64,000 nucleotides of DNA from Macrostomum lignano (lineage: Eukaryota). Under the pieces are notes generated by a model, which was not told the DNA's origin, searched no databases, and saw nothing but the letters and a program-made list of their open reading frames with translations. The translations under genes were made by a program, and so were the position numbers. Shown here piece after piece: positions 21,831 to 33,600 of the stretch. Each line of letters starts with the position of its first letter. Position 1 is the stretch's first letter. The stretch covers positions 234,318 through 298,317 of the forward strand of contig NIVC01001389.1 of NCBI GenBank assembly GCA_002269645.1. The letters are read 5' to 3'.

Positions 21831-22564
21831 CACAATGAAATCCCAACTCATTTTGGTTTCCAATTCAGTCAGTCAAATATGAATCATACGCGGATTCCCT
21901 CATCAGATTTCAGTGAGGCCAGCCTCCCCACACGGAAGCCTCGCCATCCGACTCGGCTCCAGGGTGACTCAAACCATTTTTGCTAAAAGCCAACGGGAGA
22001 CAGACGGAAAGAAAAAGAAATTCAAGAATGACACGCTCATCGGAGCAAAGGATTTGCCTCACTCAGCTCAGGAGTGGCTCGCTGGTCTATTCTTTGACAC
22101 TTTCACTGGCAGCCACTGGGACAGACAGGCAGGAGCTCAGGTGAGTCCGGTGCATGAGCAGGCCTCCCCGTGTCAGTCTGACTCGTCACCCGCTATAGTC
22201 ACTGGCGGATTATCGGGGCGGCAAATTTAGCCCGGGTGACTAAGAGACCTGCAAACACTGGGGCGGTGGGGAGGCGGGGAAGTCAGGGGGGAGGAAGAAA
22301 ATGCTACAAATTCTCCCCATGGCTATCGCCATTGAAACAGGCAATGCGGGGGGGGGTCGTCCGCCCCCCTCCGCGTCTCCTCACTCGCTTTTCTCCCGAC
22401 TTCCCCCTCACGGCTCAGGTGGGGGAGGCGGTCGCCAGGCTGGCAGCTGCTTTCAGCGGCGCCCCCTGCTCTCCCCGCCGTCTGAGCTGCTTTTTTGGGC
22501 GGCAGGGACTTCTGTTGGAAGGAATCTGGATTGGAGGCCCGGCTGGGTGACGCGGTGCAGTTTG

Positions 22565-24055
22565 AGACATTGAGGCGCCAAAACTGAGCATTGAGGCCCC
22601 AAAACTGCGCTTTGATGCGCCAAAACTGGGAATTGAGGCGCCAAAATTGGGCATTGATGCAGTGAGGCGCCAAAACTGGGCATTGAGGCGCCAAAACTGA
22701 GCATTGAGGCGCCAAAATTGGGCATTGAGGCGCCAAAAATGGGCATTGAGGCGCCAAAATTGGGCATTGAGGCGCCAAAAATGGGCATTGAGGCGCCAAA
22801 ACTGAGCATTGAGGCGCCAAAACTGAGCATTGAGGTGCCAAAACTGAGCATCGAGGCGCCAAAACTGGGCATTGAGGTGCCAAAACTGAGCATTGAGACG
22901 CCAAAACTGGGCATTGAGGCGCCAAAACTGGGAATCGAGGTGCCAAAACTGAGCATTGAGGCGCCAAAGCTAACATTGAGGCGCCAAAACTGAGCATTGA
23001 GACGCCAAAAATGGGCATTGAGGCGCCAAAACTGAGCATTGAGGCGCCAAAACTGAGCATTGAGGCGCCAAAATTGGGCATTGATGCAGTGAGGCGCCAA
23101 AACTGGGCATTGAGGCGCCAAAACTGAGCATTGAGGCGCCAAAACTGAGCATTGAGGTGCCAAAACTGAGCATCGAGGCGCCAAAACTGGGCATTGAGGT
23201 GCCAAAACTGAGCATTGAGACGCCAAAACTGGGCATTGAGGCGCCAAAACTGGGAATCGAGGTGCCAAAACTGAGCATTGAGGCGCCAAAGCTAACATTG
23301 AGGCGCCAAAACTGAGCATTGAGACGCCAAAAATGGGCATTGAAGCGCCAAAACTGAGCATTGAGGCGCCAAAACTGAGCATTGAGGCGCCAAAATTGGG
23401 CATTGATGCAGTGAGGCGCCAAAACTGGGCATTGAGGCGCCAAAACTGGGAATCGAGGTGCCAAAACTGAGCATTGAGGCGCCAAAGCTAACATTGAGGC
23501 GTCAAAACTGAGCATTGAGGCGCCAAAACTGAGCATTGAGGCGCCAAAACTGGGCATTGAGGCGCCAAAACTGAGCATTGAGGCGCCAAAATTGGGCATT
23601 GATGCAGTGAGGCGCCAAAACTGGGCATTGAGGCGCCAAAACTGGGAATCGAGGTGCCAAAACTGAGCATTGAGGCGCCAAAACTGAGCATTGAGGCGCC
23701 AAAGCTAACATTGAGGCGTCAAAACTGAGCATTGAGGCGCCAAAACTGGGCATTGAGGCGCCAAAGCTAACATTGAGGCGCCAAAACTGAGCATTGAGGC
23801 GCCAAAACTGGGTATTGAGGCGCCAAAACTGGGAATTGAGGCGCCAAAACTGAGCATTGAGGCGCCAAAACTGGGTATTGAGGCGCCAAAACTGGGAATT
23901 GAGGCGTCAAAACTGAGCATTGAGGCGCCAAAACTGAGCATTGAGGCGCCAAAACTGGGCATTGAGGCGCCAAAGCTAACATTGAGGCGCCAAAACTGAG
24001 CATTGAGGCGCCAAAACTGGGTATTGAGGCGCCAAAACTGGGAATTGAGGCGCCT
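22565..24055. repeat. 21-bp minisatellite TGAGGCGCCAAAACTGAGCAT with recurring variant blocks
   Basis: Direct reading; the landmark variant GCATTGATGCAG recurs near 22650, 23080, 23400 and 23600. Confidence 0.97.
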
Positions 24056-24664
24056 TAAGGGCCAATTCAGTGATTGATAACTGGAAAGCGCTCAGAAAAT
24101 CGCGTAGGGGGTGGACAGCCAAAGTCAAGGCACTCAGACAAATTGTCTCAAGTCCAAGGCGGCAAATTTTCTGAGCACTTGAACTGTATAATCGACAACA
24201 ATAGTTCCAGTCCAGGCGCTAGACTTTTAGAGTCCTTGGCTCCGGTAGGTACTGAGGCAGGGCTTGGGGGGGGGGCTGCAGCCACCCCAGCCAGTCCCCA
24301 GCCAACCCAGCAGGAGAAGCAAGGCGTGCCCCACGCGAGTAGGAAGTTGACTGTGCCCGGGCCAGCCTGTATAAGAAGAGCGCAGAATTGAGAAGCAGAA
24401 AAATGGCTTCCGTGCGCGCGTCTGACTTGCAGTTCCTCGCCAAAGCCCCGGGTTAGCCTGCCTCGTGTCCGCGAGCTGCTTGTGCAAAATTGATTTTATC
24501 AATATCGAGTCAGTGCGACCACCAGCAGCTTGACTTGCCTTGACTTGCTTCTGAGCCTGTTTGAAAGCAGCAATAAACCAGAAGCAGACTTCTGTAGCGG
24601 CAGCGGTTTTCAGCAATAGCAGAGAAATTTTATTGAAGTTTCTGACCAACACTGCGGAGCCGCC

Positions 24665-27600
24665 ATGATCAAGAGTCGGTCAGCCTTCAACATGCCGAGC
24701 AACCGGCCTCGCCGTAGTGAGCTGCTCATGTTTTTATTTTATACTTTTCCTTTGTTGGCTTTGAGTACAGATTGAGTTGCTGCTGAGAGCATAGATGTGG
24801 GATAGATAGATGTGGAGTTGATAGATGTGGGATAGATAGATGTGGGGTAGATCGATGCCGGGAAGATTGATGTGGAGTAAATAGATGTGAAGTAGATAGA
24901 TGTGGAGTAGATAGAAGTGAAGTAGATAGATGTGGAGTAGATAGATGTGAAGTAGATAGATGTGGAGTAGATAGCTGTGGAGTAGATAGATGTGGGATAG
25001 ATAGATGTGGGGTGGATAGATGTGGGGTGGATAGATGTGGGATAGATAGATGTGGGATAGATAGATGTGGGGTAGATAGATGTGGGATAGATAGATGTGG
25101 GGTAGATAGATGTGGGATAGATAGATGTGGGATAGATAGATGTGGGGTAGATAGATGTGGGATAGATAGATGTGGGGTAGATAGATGTGGAGTAGATAGA
25201 TGTGGGGTAGATAGATGTGGGGTGGATAGATGTGGGATAGATAGATGTGGGGTAGATAGATGTGGGGTGGATAGATGTGGGATAGATAAATGTGGGGTAG
25301 ATAGATGTGGGGTAGAAAATAAGGGGTAGATAGATGTGGGGTGGATAGATGTTGGATAGATAGATGTTTGTAGAGCCGCAATCGACCGGGAAGTTCAGGC
25401 AGAAGTTCAGGCAGCAGTTCATGCAGCAGTTCAGGCAGCAGTTCAGGCAGCAGTTCAGGCAGCAGTTCAGGCAGCAGTTCAGGCAGCAGTTCAGGCAGCA
25501 GTTCAGGCAGCAGTTCAGGCAGCAGTTCAGGCAGCAGTTCAGGCAGCAGTTCAGGCAGCAGTTCAGGCAGCAGTTCAGGCAGCAATTCAGGCAGAAGTTC
25601 AGGCAGCAGTTCAGGCAGCAGTTCAGGCAGAAGTTCAGGTAGCAGTTCAGGCAGCAGTTCAGGCAGCAGTTCAGGCAGCAGTTCAGGCAGCAGTTCAGGC
25701 AGCAGTTCAGGCAGCAGTTCAGGCAGAAGTTCAGGCAGCAGTTCAGGCAGCAGTTCAGGCAGCAGTTCAGGCAGGTTCTTCCCCGCCCTCCCAGTCTGGC
25801 TAAACGGAGTCGGAGCTCAGAGCTGCAGCGGCAAGGAGGCGGAGCTGAGAAAGTCGCTGCCCTACTGCGACGCCGAGACTGGCACCAAGAACCGAGGTGC
25901 GACGCCTCATCTCTCTTTGTTGTACTTTTCCTATCGCAGCCTTTGCACTCAGCAGACTGATCTGCACCGCCAATTCTCACCCGCAGTTGTGGAGCGGGAC
26001 CCCATCGCCGGCCTGGGGCTGCTGGGCAAGGAGTACGATCCGTTCCTGGAGACTCGGCAGTCCAGCACGCCCAGAACTGCCAGGGACAAAGGTGAGACAT
26101 GGGGAATCCCGCGAGAGGAAGGAGACTGAAGTTTTGAGAGTCATGAGAGTCATGCAGAACTGGTGAGAGTCATGCAGAACTGGTGAGAGTCATGCAGAGC
26201 CGGTGAGAGTCATGCAGAACCGGTGAGAGTCATGCAGAACTGGTGAGAGTCATGCAGAGCCGGTGAGAGTCATACAGAGCCAGTGAGAGTCATGCAGAGC
26301 CAGTGAGAGTCATGCAGAGCTAATAAGAGTCATACAGAGCCGGTGAGAGTCATGCAGAGCCAGAAAGAGTTATGCAGAGCCAGAAAGAGTCATACAGAGC
26401 CGGTGAGAGTCATGCAGAGTCAGTGACAAAACCGGTGAGAGTCATGCAGAGCCGGTGAGAGTCATGCAGAACTGGTGAGAGTCAAGCAGAGCCGGTGAGA
26501 GTCATGCAGAACTGGTGAGAGTCAAGCAGAGCCGGTGAGAGTCATGCAGAGCCGGTGAGAGTCATGCAGAACTGGTGAGAGTCAAGCAGAGCCGGTGAGA
26601 GTCATGCAGAACTGGTGAGAGTCAAGCAGAGCCGGTGAGAGTCATGCAGAACTGGTGAGAGTCAAGCAGAGCCGGTCAGAGTCATATAGAACCGGTGAGA
26701 GTCATACAGAGCCGGTGAGAGTCATATAGAACCGGTGAGAGTCATGCAAAGCCAGTGAGAGTCATACAGAGCCGGTGAGAGTCAAGCAGAGCCGGTCAGA
26801 GTCATACAGAGTCAGTGAGAGTCATGCAGAGCCAGTGACAGAACCGGTGAGAGTCGTACAGAGCCGGTGAGAGTCATACAGTACCAGTGAGAGTCATGCA
26901 GAGCCAGTGACAGTCATGCAATGACCCGCCCGATTGCAGACTCGCGCAACCCCATCCTGGGGCAGGGCAACCTGGGCCAGGAGGTGAACCTGTTCAGCCG
27001 GTCCGAGGGCTACAAGAGCAGCCGGAAGAGTGAGTCAGCCCCGAATTCTGTTACTCCTATTAATTAAATTAGCAGTAATTAAAACCACTGCAGTTAATCT
27101 GCAGCGCCACTAGAAAACAGGGCGGGGGGTCGGCGGTCTGATCGGAGGGTTGACTTCGGCGGTCCAGGAACAAAGGAGGCCGTGTCCTCAAACCGGAGCC
27201 GGGGTCCCACCGACCGGCTGGGTGGCCCTCCTTTCGGAGCTGGATATGCGAAACCCGAGCTAGTGGAGGAGATGGAGGGAAAATGAAATGAGAATGCAGG
27301 GAGAATGAAGGGTGACTGAAGGGGAGAATGAAGGGAGAATGAAGGGAGAATGAAGGGAGAATGAAGGAGAATGAAGGGAGAATGCAGGGAGAATGCAGGG
27401 AGAATGTAGGGAGAATGCAGAGAGAATGCAGAGAGAATGCGGGGAGAATGCAGGGAGAATGCAGGGAGAATGCAGGGAGAATGCAAGGAGAATGCAGGGA
27501 GAATGCAGGGAGAATGCAGGGAGAATGCAGGGAGAATGCAGGGAGAATGCAGGGAGAATGCAGGGAGAATGCAGGGAGAATGCAGGGAGAATGCAGGGAG

Positions 27601-30600
27601 AATGCAGGGAGAATGCAGGGAGAATGCAGGGAGAATGCAGGGAGAAACTGACTTCAGGTCCCAAGCCTCTCGGCCCCTCGCCGCCTCCCCGCAGGCCGCA
27701 ACCCGCTGGAGCAGCCTGAGAACGGCAACTCGGAGGCGGACCGGCTGAGGCCGCGCGGCCGGCCGGGCAAGGCGAGCATCCACCAAGGTGAGTGGCAGTT
27801 TCCCAGGCCAGAGCAGCAGCCACCCCCACAGTGTCCTGGGCCGCACAGTTTGCACAGAGAGCCGCCATTTTAGTGCTTTCTCGGAGCCAGGCCGTGGGAC
27901 GCCCCACCCCGGTTTTTATTATCCAAATTGCTTTGCTTGAGTGCTTTCTGAACAAAAAAGTTAAAATTGCTGGTTTCCTCTGTTGCTTCTTCTAGGGGAG
28001 GCGCGGAACAGAAATGTCTACAGCCTGGGTAATATTTTTACCGCAAAAAAATCAGAATTGAAATGGCACAGGTGGTTAAACTGCTCATTCGGGGCGAGAA
28101 TTTATTTTATTTACCATGGCAGACTGGGTTTGACCGCTCGGGTGGAAACCCAGGCAGCCCAGGTAGCGGCCTGATTATGCTAATTAGCACTTGGGCAGCC
28201 TGCTATGGGGGTTTGAAAATGCTAATTTCTATCTGGCTTTCCTGCTTATCAGCTGTGAGTCACCGAAAAACTTGGGGGCTTCGAACTCGCACAGCCGTGT
28301 GGCTGGCAATGAGTTTATTTATTTTCTTAGCGGCGTGAACAATCCTTAGGGCGCCTGGATTTGACACCTCCGGCGGCTTTACCTCCTAATCACTAACTGT
28401 AGCATCATCTCGTGACTCCCCTGTAGTAGCTCCCATAAACATAAACACCTCAGTGTAACGCCTCCCCCCACAGTAGCTCCCACCCCAGCCATAAACACTT
28501 CAGTGTAACGCCTCCCCCACAGTAGCTCCCACCCCAGCCATAAACACCCCAGTGTAACGCCTCCCCCACAGTAGCTCCCACCCCAGGCATAAACACCTCA
28601 GTGTAACGCCTCCCCCCACAGTAGCTTCCACCCCAGCCATAAACACCCCAGTGTGGCGCCTCCACCACAGAAGCTCCCACCCCAGCCATAAACACCCCAG
28701 TGTGACGCCTCCCCCACAGTAGCTTCCACCCCAGCCATAAACACCCCAGTATAACGCCTCCCCCACAGTAGCTCCCACCCCAGCCATAAACACCCCAGTG
28801 TAACGCCTCCCCCACAGTAGCTCCCACCCCAGCCATAAACACCCCAGTGTAACGCCTCCCCCACAGAAGCTCCCACCCCAGCCATAAACACCCCAGTGTG
28901 GCGCCTCCCCCCAAAACCCCTAACCCTAGCTCTAACCCTAACCCTAACCCTTACTCACTCCAGCCCAGCGCGACCCGATCTCCGGCCGCGGCGAGTTCGG
29001 CCGCGAATGGGACCCGGTGCACAAGTACGCCGGCCGGCCGAGGCCCTGGCATCAGCGCGCCGTGGACGGTGAGTCTCGGCCATAGACAGGCCAGACACAG
29101 GCTTGAAGTGAAAGCTTGGCTCAGAGCCTTCATTGCAGCCTCCAGTGCTTATCTGCAGCCGAACCATGATTCCCCCCGCATAGATTCCCGCTATTACAAG
29201 CTCAGCGAGAGGCCAACAGTTTCAAAGACCGACAAAAAGTACATTCTCGGCTACTACGGTAGGCGTCCAGCTCTCGCGGTCTCACAACTTGCTCTGGACA
29301 GATTAATACTTCTTACCGCTGTTGGGGCAACTGCATGATATTTTTTCCGAGCTTAACTCTTTGATGAAGCATTGAAGAGACAAAATTTAACTTTAACTGC
29401 ATGCTGTTGGATTTCGGACATTTCAACCCGCCTGTCACGGTGCTTGGCCGTATTGTTTTATCTTTAATTTACAGAAAGCAATTATTTACTTATAGTCCTA
29501 CTGACTCGCAGGAAAGTAGTAGTGTAGTATGGATATGTAATTTCATAATAAAATCCCGAATTTAACAGCCAAACGCGGCGGTCGCTGCAACCCGCTGACT
29601 GGCGAGGACGCCAAGAGTTTCGACATCAACCAGGAGCTCCGGCGGACTCCGCGCAAAGGAGTCAGTGAGTGACATTCTGGATTCATGCCCATTTATAATA
29701 GTTGTTTTTGGAAGTCATTTTCAAAGCTAGCTACTCAGCAGTAGTTGGACAGTAGTGTAATGCGCTCACGCCGCCCGACCTGAACTCCGCGCAGAGAAAA
29801 GCAACCCGGTCACTGGGGAGAACTGCGACAGCTACACCGTGTCCGACAAGCTGAATGAGAAGCACGCGAAGTCGGGCAGCAAGACGCCAAGGGGTGAGCA
29901 GGGAGGCCTGGCTAAGCTGCCATTTACCACTTCCAGTGATAAAATTATGCTTTTCAAAGCCAACTTCAACACATATCGGTAGAAGACTGGTTATCATACA
30001 ATTGAACCCTGTGTCAATTCTGTGTCACAATTGTCAGTCACCTCTAATCTCATTACCTGTCTTTTCATGCCTAATCTCATTACCTGTCTTCTCATGCCTA
30101 ATCTCATTACCTGTCTTTTCATGCCTAATCTCATTACCTGTCTTCTCATGCCTAATCTCATTACCTGTCTTTTCATGCCTAATCTCATTACCTGTCTTCT
30201 CATGCCTAATCTCATTACCTGTCTTTTCATGCCTAATCTCATTACCTGTCTTCTCATGCCTAATCTCATTACCTGTCTTCTCATGCCTAATCTCATTACC
30301 TGTCTTCTCATGCCTAATCTCATTACCTGTCTTCTTATGCTTAATCTCATTACCTGTCTTCTCATGCCTAATCTCATTACCTGTCTTCTTATGCTTAATC
30401 TCATTACCTGTCTTCTCATGCCTAATCTCATTACCTGTCCTCTCATGCCTAATCTCATTACCTGTCTTCTCATCCCTGATCTCGTTACCTGTCTTCTCAT
30501 GCCTAATCTCATTACCTGTCTTCTCATGCCTAATCTCATTACCTGTCTTCTCATCCCTGATCTCATTACCTGTCCTCATTCTCATTACCTCATCAATGTA

Positions 30601-33600
30601 ATCTTATCACCCAAGGCTCAGGCGGCAACCCGGTCACCGGGGAGAACTGCAAGTCCTTCGACTTCAACATCGAGTCGAAGTCGAAGTCGGCCGGCAGCTC
30701 GCCCAGGAAGAGCGGCAGCGGCGGCAACCCGGTCACCGGGGAGAACTGCGCTGTGTACGCCTACAGCAGCGAGTTCAAGACCAAGCCCAACAAGCCGAAC
30801 GGTGAGTGTGGGATCTGAGCATCAAAATGGGGATCTGAGCATCAAAATGGGGGTCTGAGCATCAAAATGGGGATCTGATGAGAGTCTGAGCATCAAATGG
30901 GGATCTGAGCATTAAACTGGGGATCTGAACATCAAAATGGGGGTCTGAGCATCAAAATGGGGATCTGAGCATCAAAATGGGGGTCTGAGCATCAAAATGG
31001 GGGTCTGAGCATCAAAATGGGGATCTGAGCATCAAAATGGGGATCTGAGCATCAAAATGGGGATCTGAGCATCAAAATGGGGGTCTGAGCATCAAAATGG
31101 GGATCTGATGAGAGTCTGAGCATCAAAATGGGGATCTGAACATCGAAATGTGGATCTGAACATCAAAATGGGGATCTGATGAGAGTCTGAGCATCAAATG
31201 GGGATCTGAGCATCAAATGGGGATCTGAACATCAAAATGGGGGTCTGAGCATCAAAATGGGGATCTGAGTATTAAAATGGGACCTGAGCATTAAAATGGG
31301 GATCTGAACATCAAAATGGGGGTCTGAGCATCAAAATGGGGATCTGAGCATCAAAATGGGGATCTGAACATCAAAATGGGGATCTGAACATCAAAATGGG
31401 GATCTGAACATCAAAATGGGGATCTGAGCATCAAAATGGGGATCTGAGTATTAAAATGGGGATCTGAGCATCAAAATGGGGATCTGAGTATTAAAATGGG
31501 GATCTGAGTATTAAAATGGGGATCTGAGTATTAAAATGGGACCTGAGCATTAAAATGGGGATCTGAACATCAAAATGGGGGTCTGAGCATCAAAATGGGG
31601 ATCTGAGTATTAAAATGGGGATCTGAGCATCAAAATGGGGATCTGAGTATTAAAATGGGGATCTGAGTATTAAAATGGGGATCTGAGTATTAAAATGGGA
31701 CCTGAGCATTAAAATGGGGACCTGAGCATTAAAATGGGGATCTGAACATCAAAATGGGAGTCTGAGCATCAAAATGGGGATCTGAGCATCAAAATGGGGA
31801 TCTGAACATCAAAATGGGGATCTGAACATCAAAATGGGGATCTGAGCATCAAAATGCGGATCTGAACATCAAAATGGGGATCTGAACATCAAAATGGGTA
31901 TTTGAACACTCAGATGAGAATCTGAGCATTGCCAAGAGCTCACGTGGCTGAGCAGCTTGTTGTCAATGAGTTCCCCGCCAGACAGTCACAACTCCCGGCT
32001 GCTTGCAGAGCGCAAGAATCCCCTGACAGGGGAGAACGTGAGCAGCTTCGTGCTGAAGCTGACGGAGCGGGCCGACCAGCCGAAACCCGCGGCGCCTCAC
32101 AGCCCGAGTATGACCGCCTGCGGCTGACCCGCCTTCCACTTCCCCAGCACCGACCCCGCCATCTTGCAGAGTGCATGAGATCTCTATTGGAAATTGGTTT
32201 ATCGAATGCTTAACCTTCTTCCCCCCCCCCTGATCAACCCGATCTGAGGATTGCATACTATTTGAGTTCATTTCATGGCGACCTTGGGAGGCAGTTTACT
32301 TTAAAGTCTTGCATGAACCCTTCGTTGAAGCGGAACTGCTTGTTTTGTTAAAAAGAAAACTTTTAATGCGGTTTTTGGTTTATCTATTTGCATGGCTAAT
32401 TAAGATTGATTTTCATCGAAATTCAGGTGTGTTAAACAGTACTAAAGGATTTTACATGAAAAATTTTGCGTAAGAAACCGTCATTTTTAAGAAATCGTCA
32501 TTTCTAAGAAACCTTCCTTTCTAAGAAACCTTCCTTTCTAAGAAACCGTCTTTTCTAAGAAACCGTCTTTTCTAAGAAACCGTCTTTTCTAAGAAACCGT
32601 CTTTTCTAAGAAACCGTCATTTCTAAGAAAGCGTCATTTTCAATAAACTGTAATTACTAGGAAATCTTTTACTCAAAGAAATCGTTTCTACGAAGTTTGT
32701 TTACGAAAAAATATTTATTTCTAAAAAAAAGCTATTTCTATGAGATCGTTCTTTCCAAGATTTCGATGAAATTTTCAATTTCTTTCATTTTTTCTGAGAA
32801 ACAGTTATTCAGCAATTGATACAACATGATGCATGAATACTTTTGCGACTTAAAAAGTGAAATTTAAGGCTTCACTCCGCATGCGGCAATGGATATTTCC
32901 TTCATCCCCACAATTACTGTCGCCCTATTATTCCCATCGCACGCTGTCCGGCTCGAACTCAGGCGAGGCCAAGAACCCGCTCACCGGGGCCAACTGCCCG
33001 AGCTTCTCCGTCAACCAGGAGGAGAGGCCAAGGACCGCCCCCAGCGCGCTCGCAACTCGTGAGTGCCCAGATTTGCACTTTTGCACAGATCGCAGGCGCA
33101 CTATCTGCACCTCTGTCACACTGCATCAAGCAGGGAGACTGGAAAGGGACAGTATCGATGCGGTCAGACCTCGTAACCACTGTCACAGTCTATCACATGC
33201 TGTGACACCCTATCACATGCTGTGACACCCTGTCACATGCTGTCACAAATAATCGCATGCTATCACATCCTGGAGTACTCTGTCACACCCTGTTGCACCC
33301 TGTCACAAACGTCTCAAACCCCAATCACCGGTCCCACAGCCCGCGCCAGCTCCAACCCGGTGACAGGCGAAGGCTGCCGCCACTACGTGGTGTGCACCGG
33401 TGAGAAGAAGCTCTCGGCCAGCCCGCAGACGCCCAGAGAGGCGGGCGGCAACCCGCTGACTGGCAGCAACGTCCGCTGCTTCGACATCAACCAGGAGATG
33501 CGGATCAACAGGCGGGGCAATGAGAGTGAGGCTCGAATTAATACCACTGATAAGCAATGGGTCTCACAATAATCTCACTGATAAGCAATGGGTCTCACAA

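Noticed and set aside
21033-25642. Long low-complexity ORFs (MSLYLSV..., MPNFGAS..., MLPELLPE..., CCLN...)
   Set aside because: All follow minisatellite periodicity and are open in several frames.
25940-25986. Alternative upstream acceptor at 25939 for exon 3 of the repeat-protein gene
   Set aside because: It needs phase 2 and a less codon-biased frame of the previous exon. The acceptor at 25986 preserves the all-phase-1 pattern.
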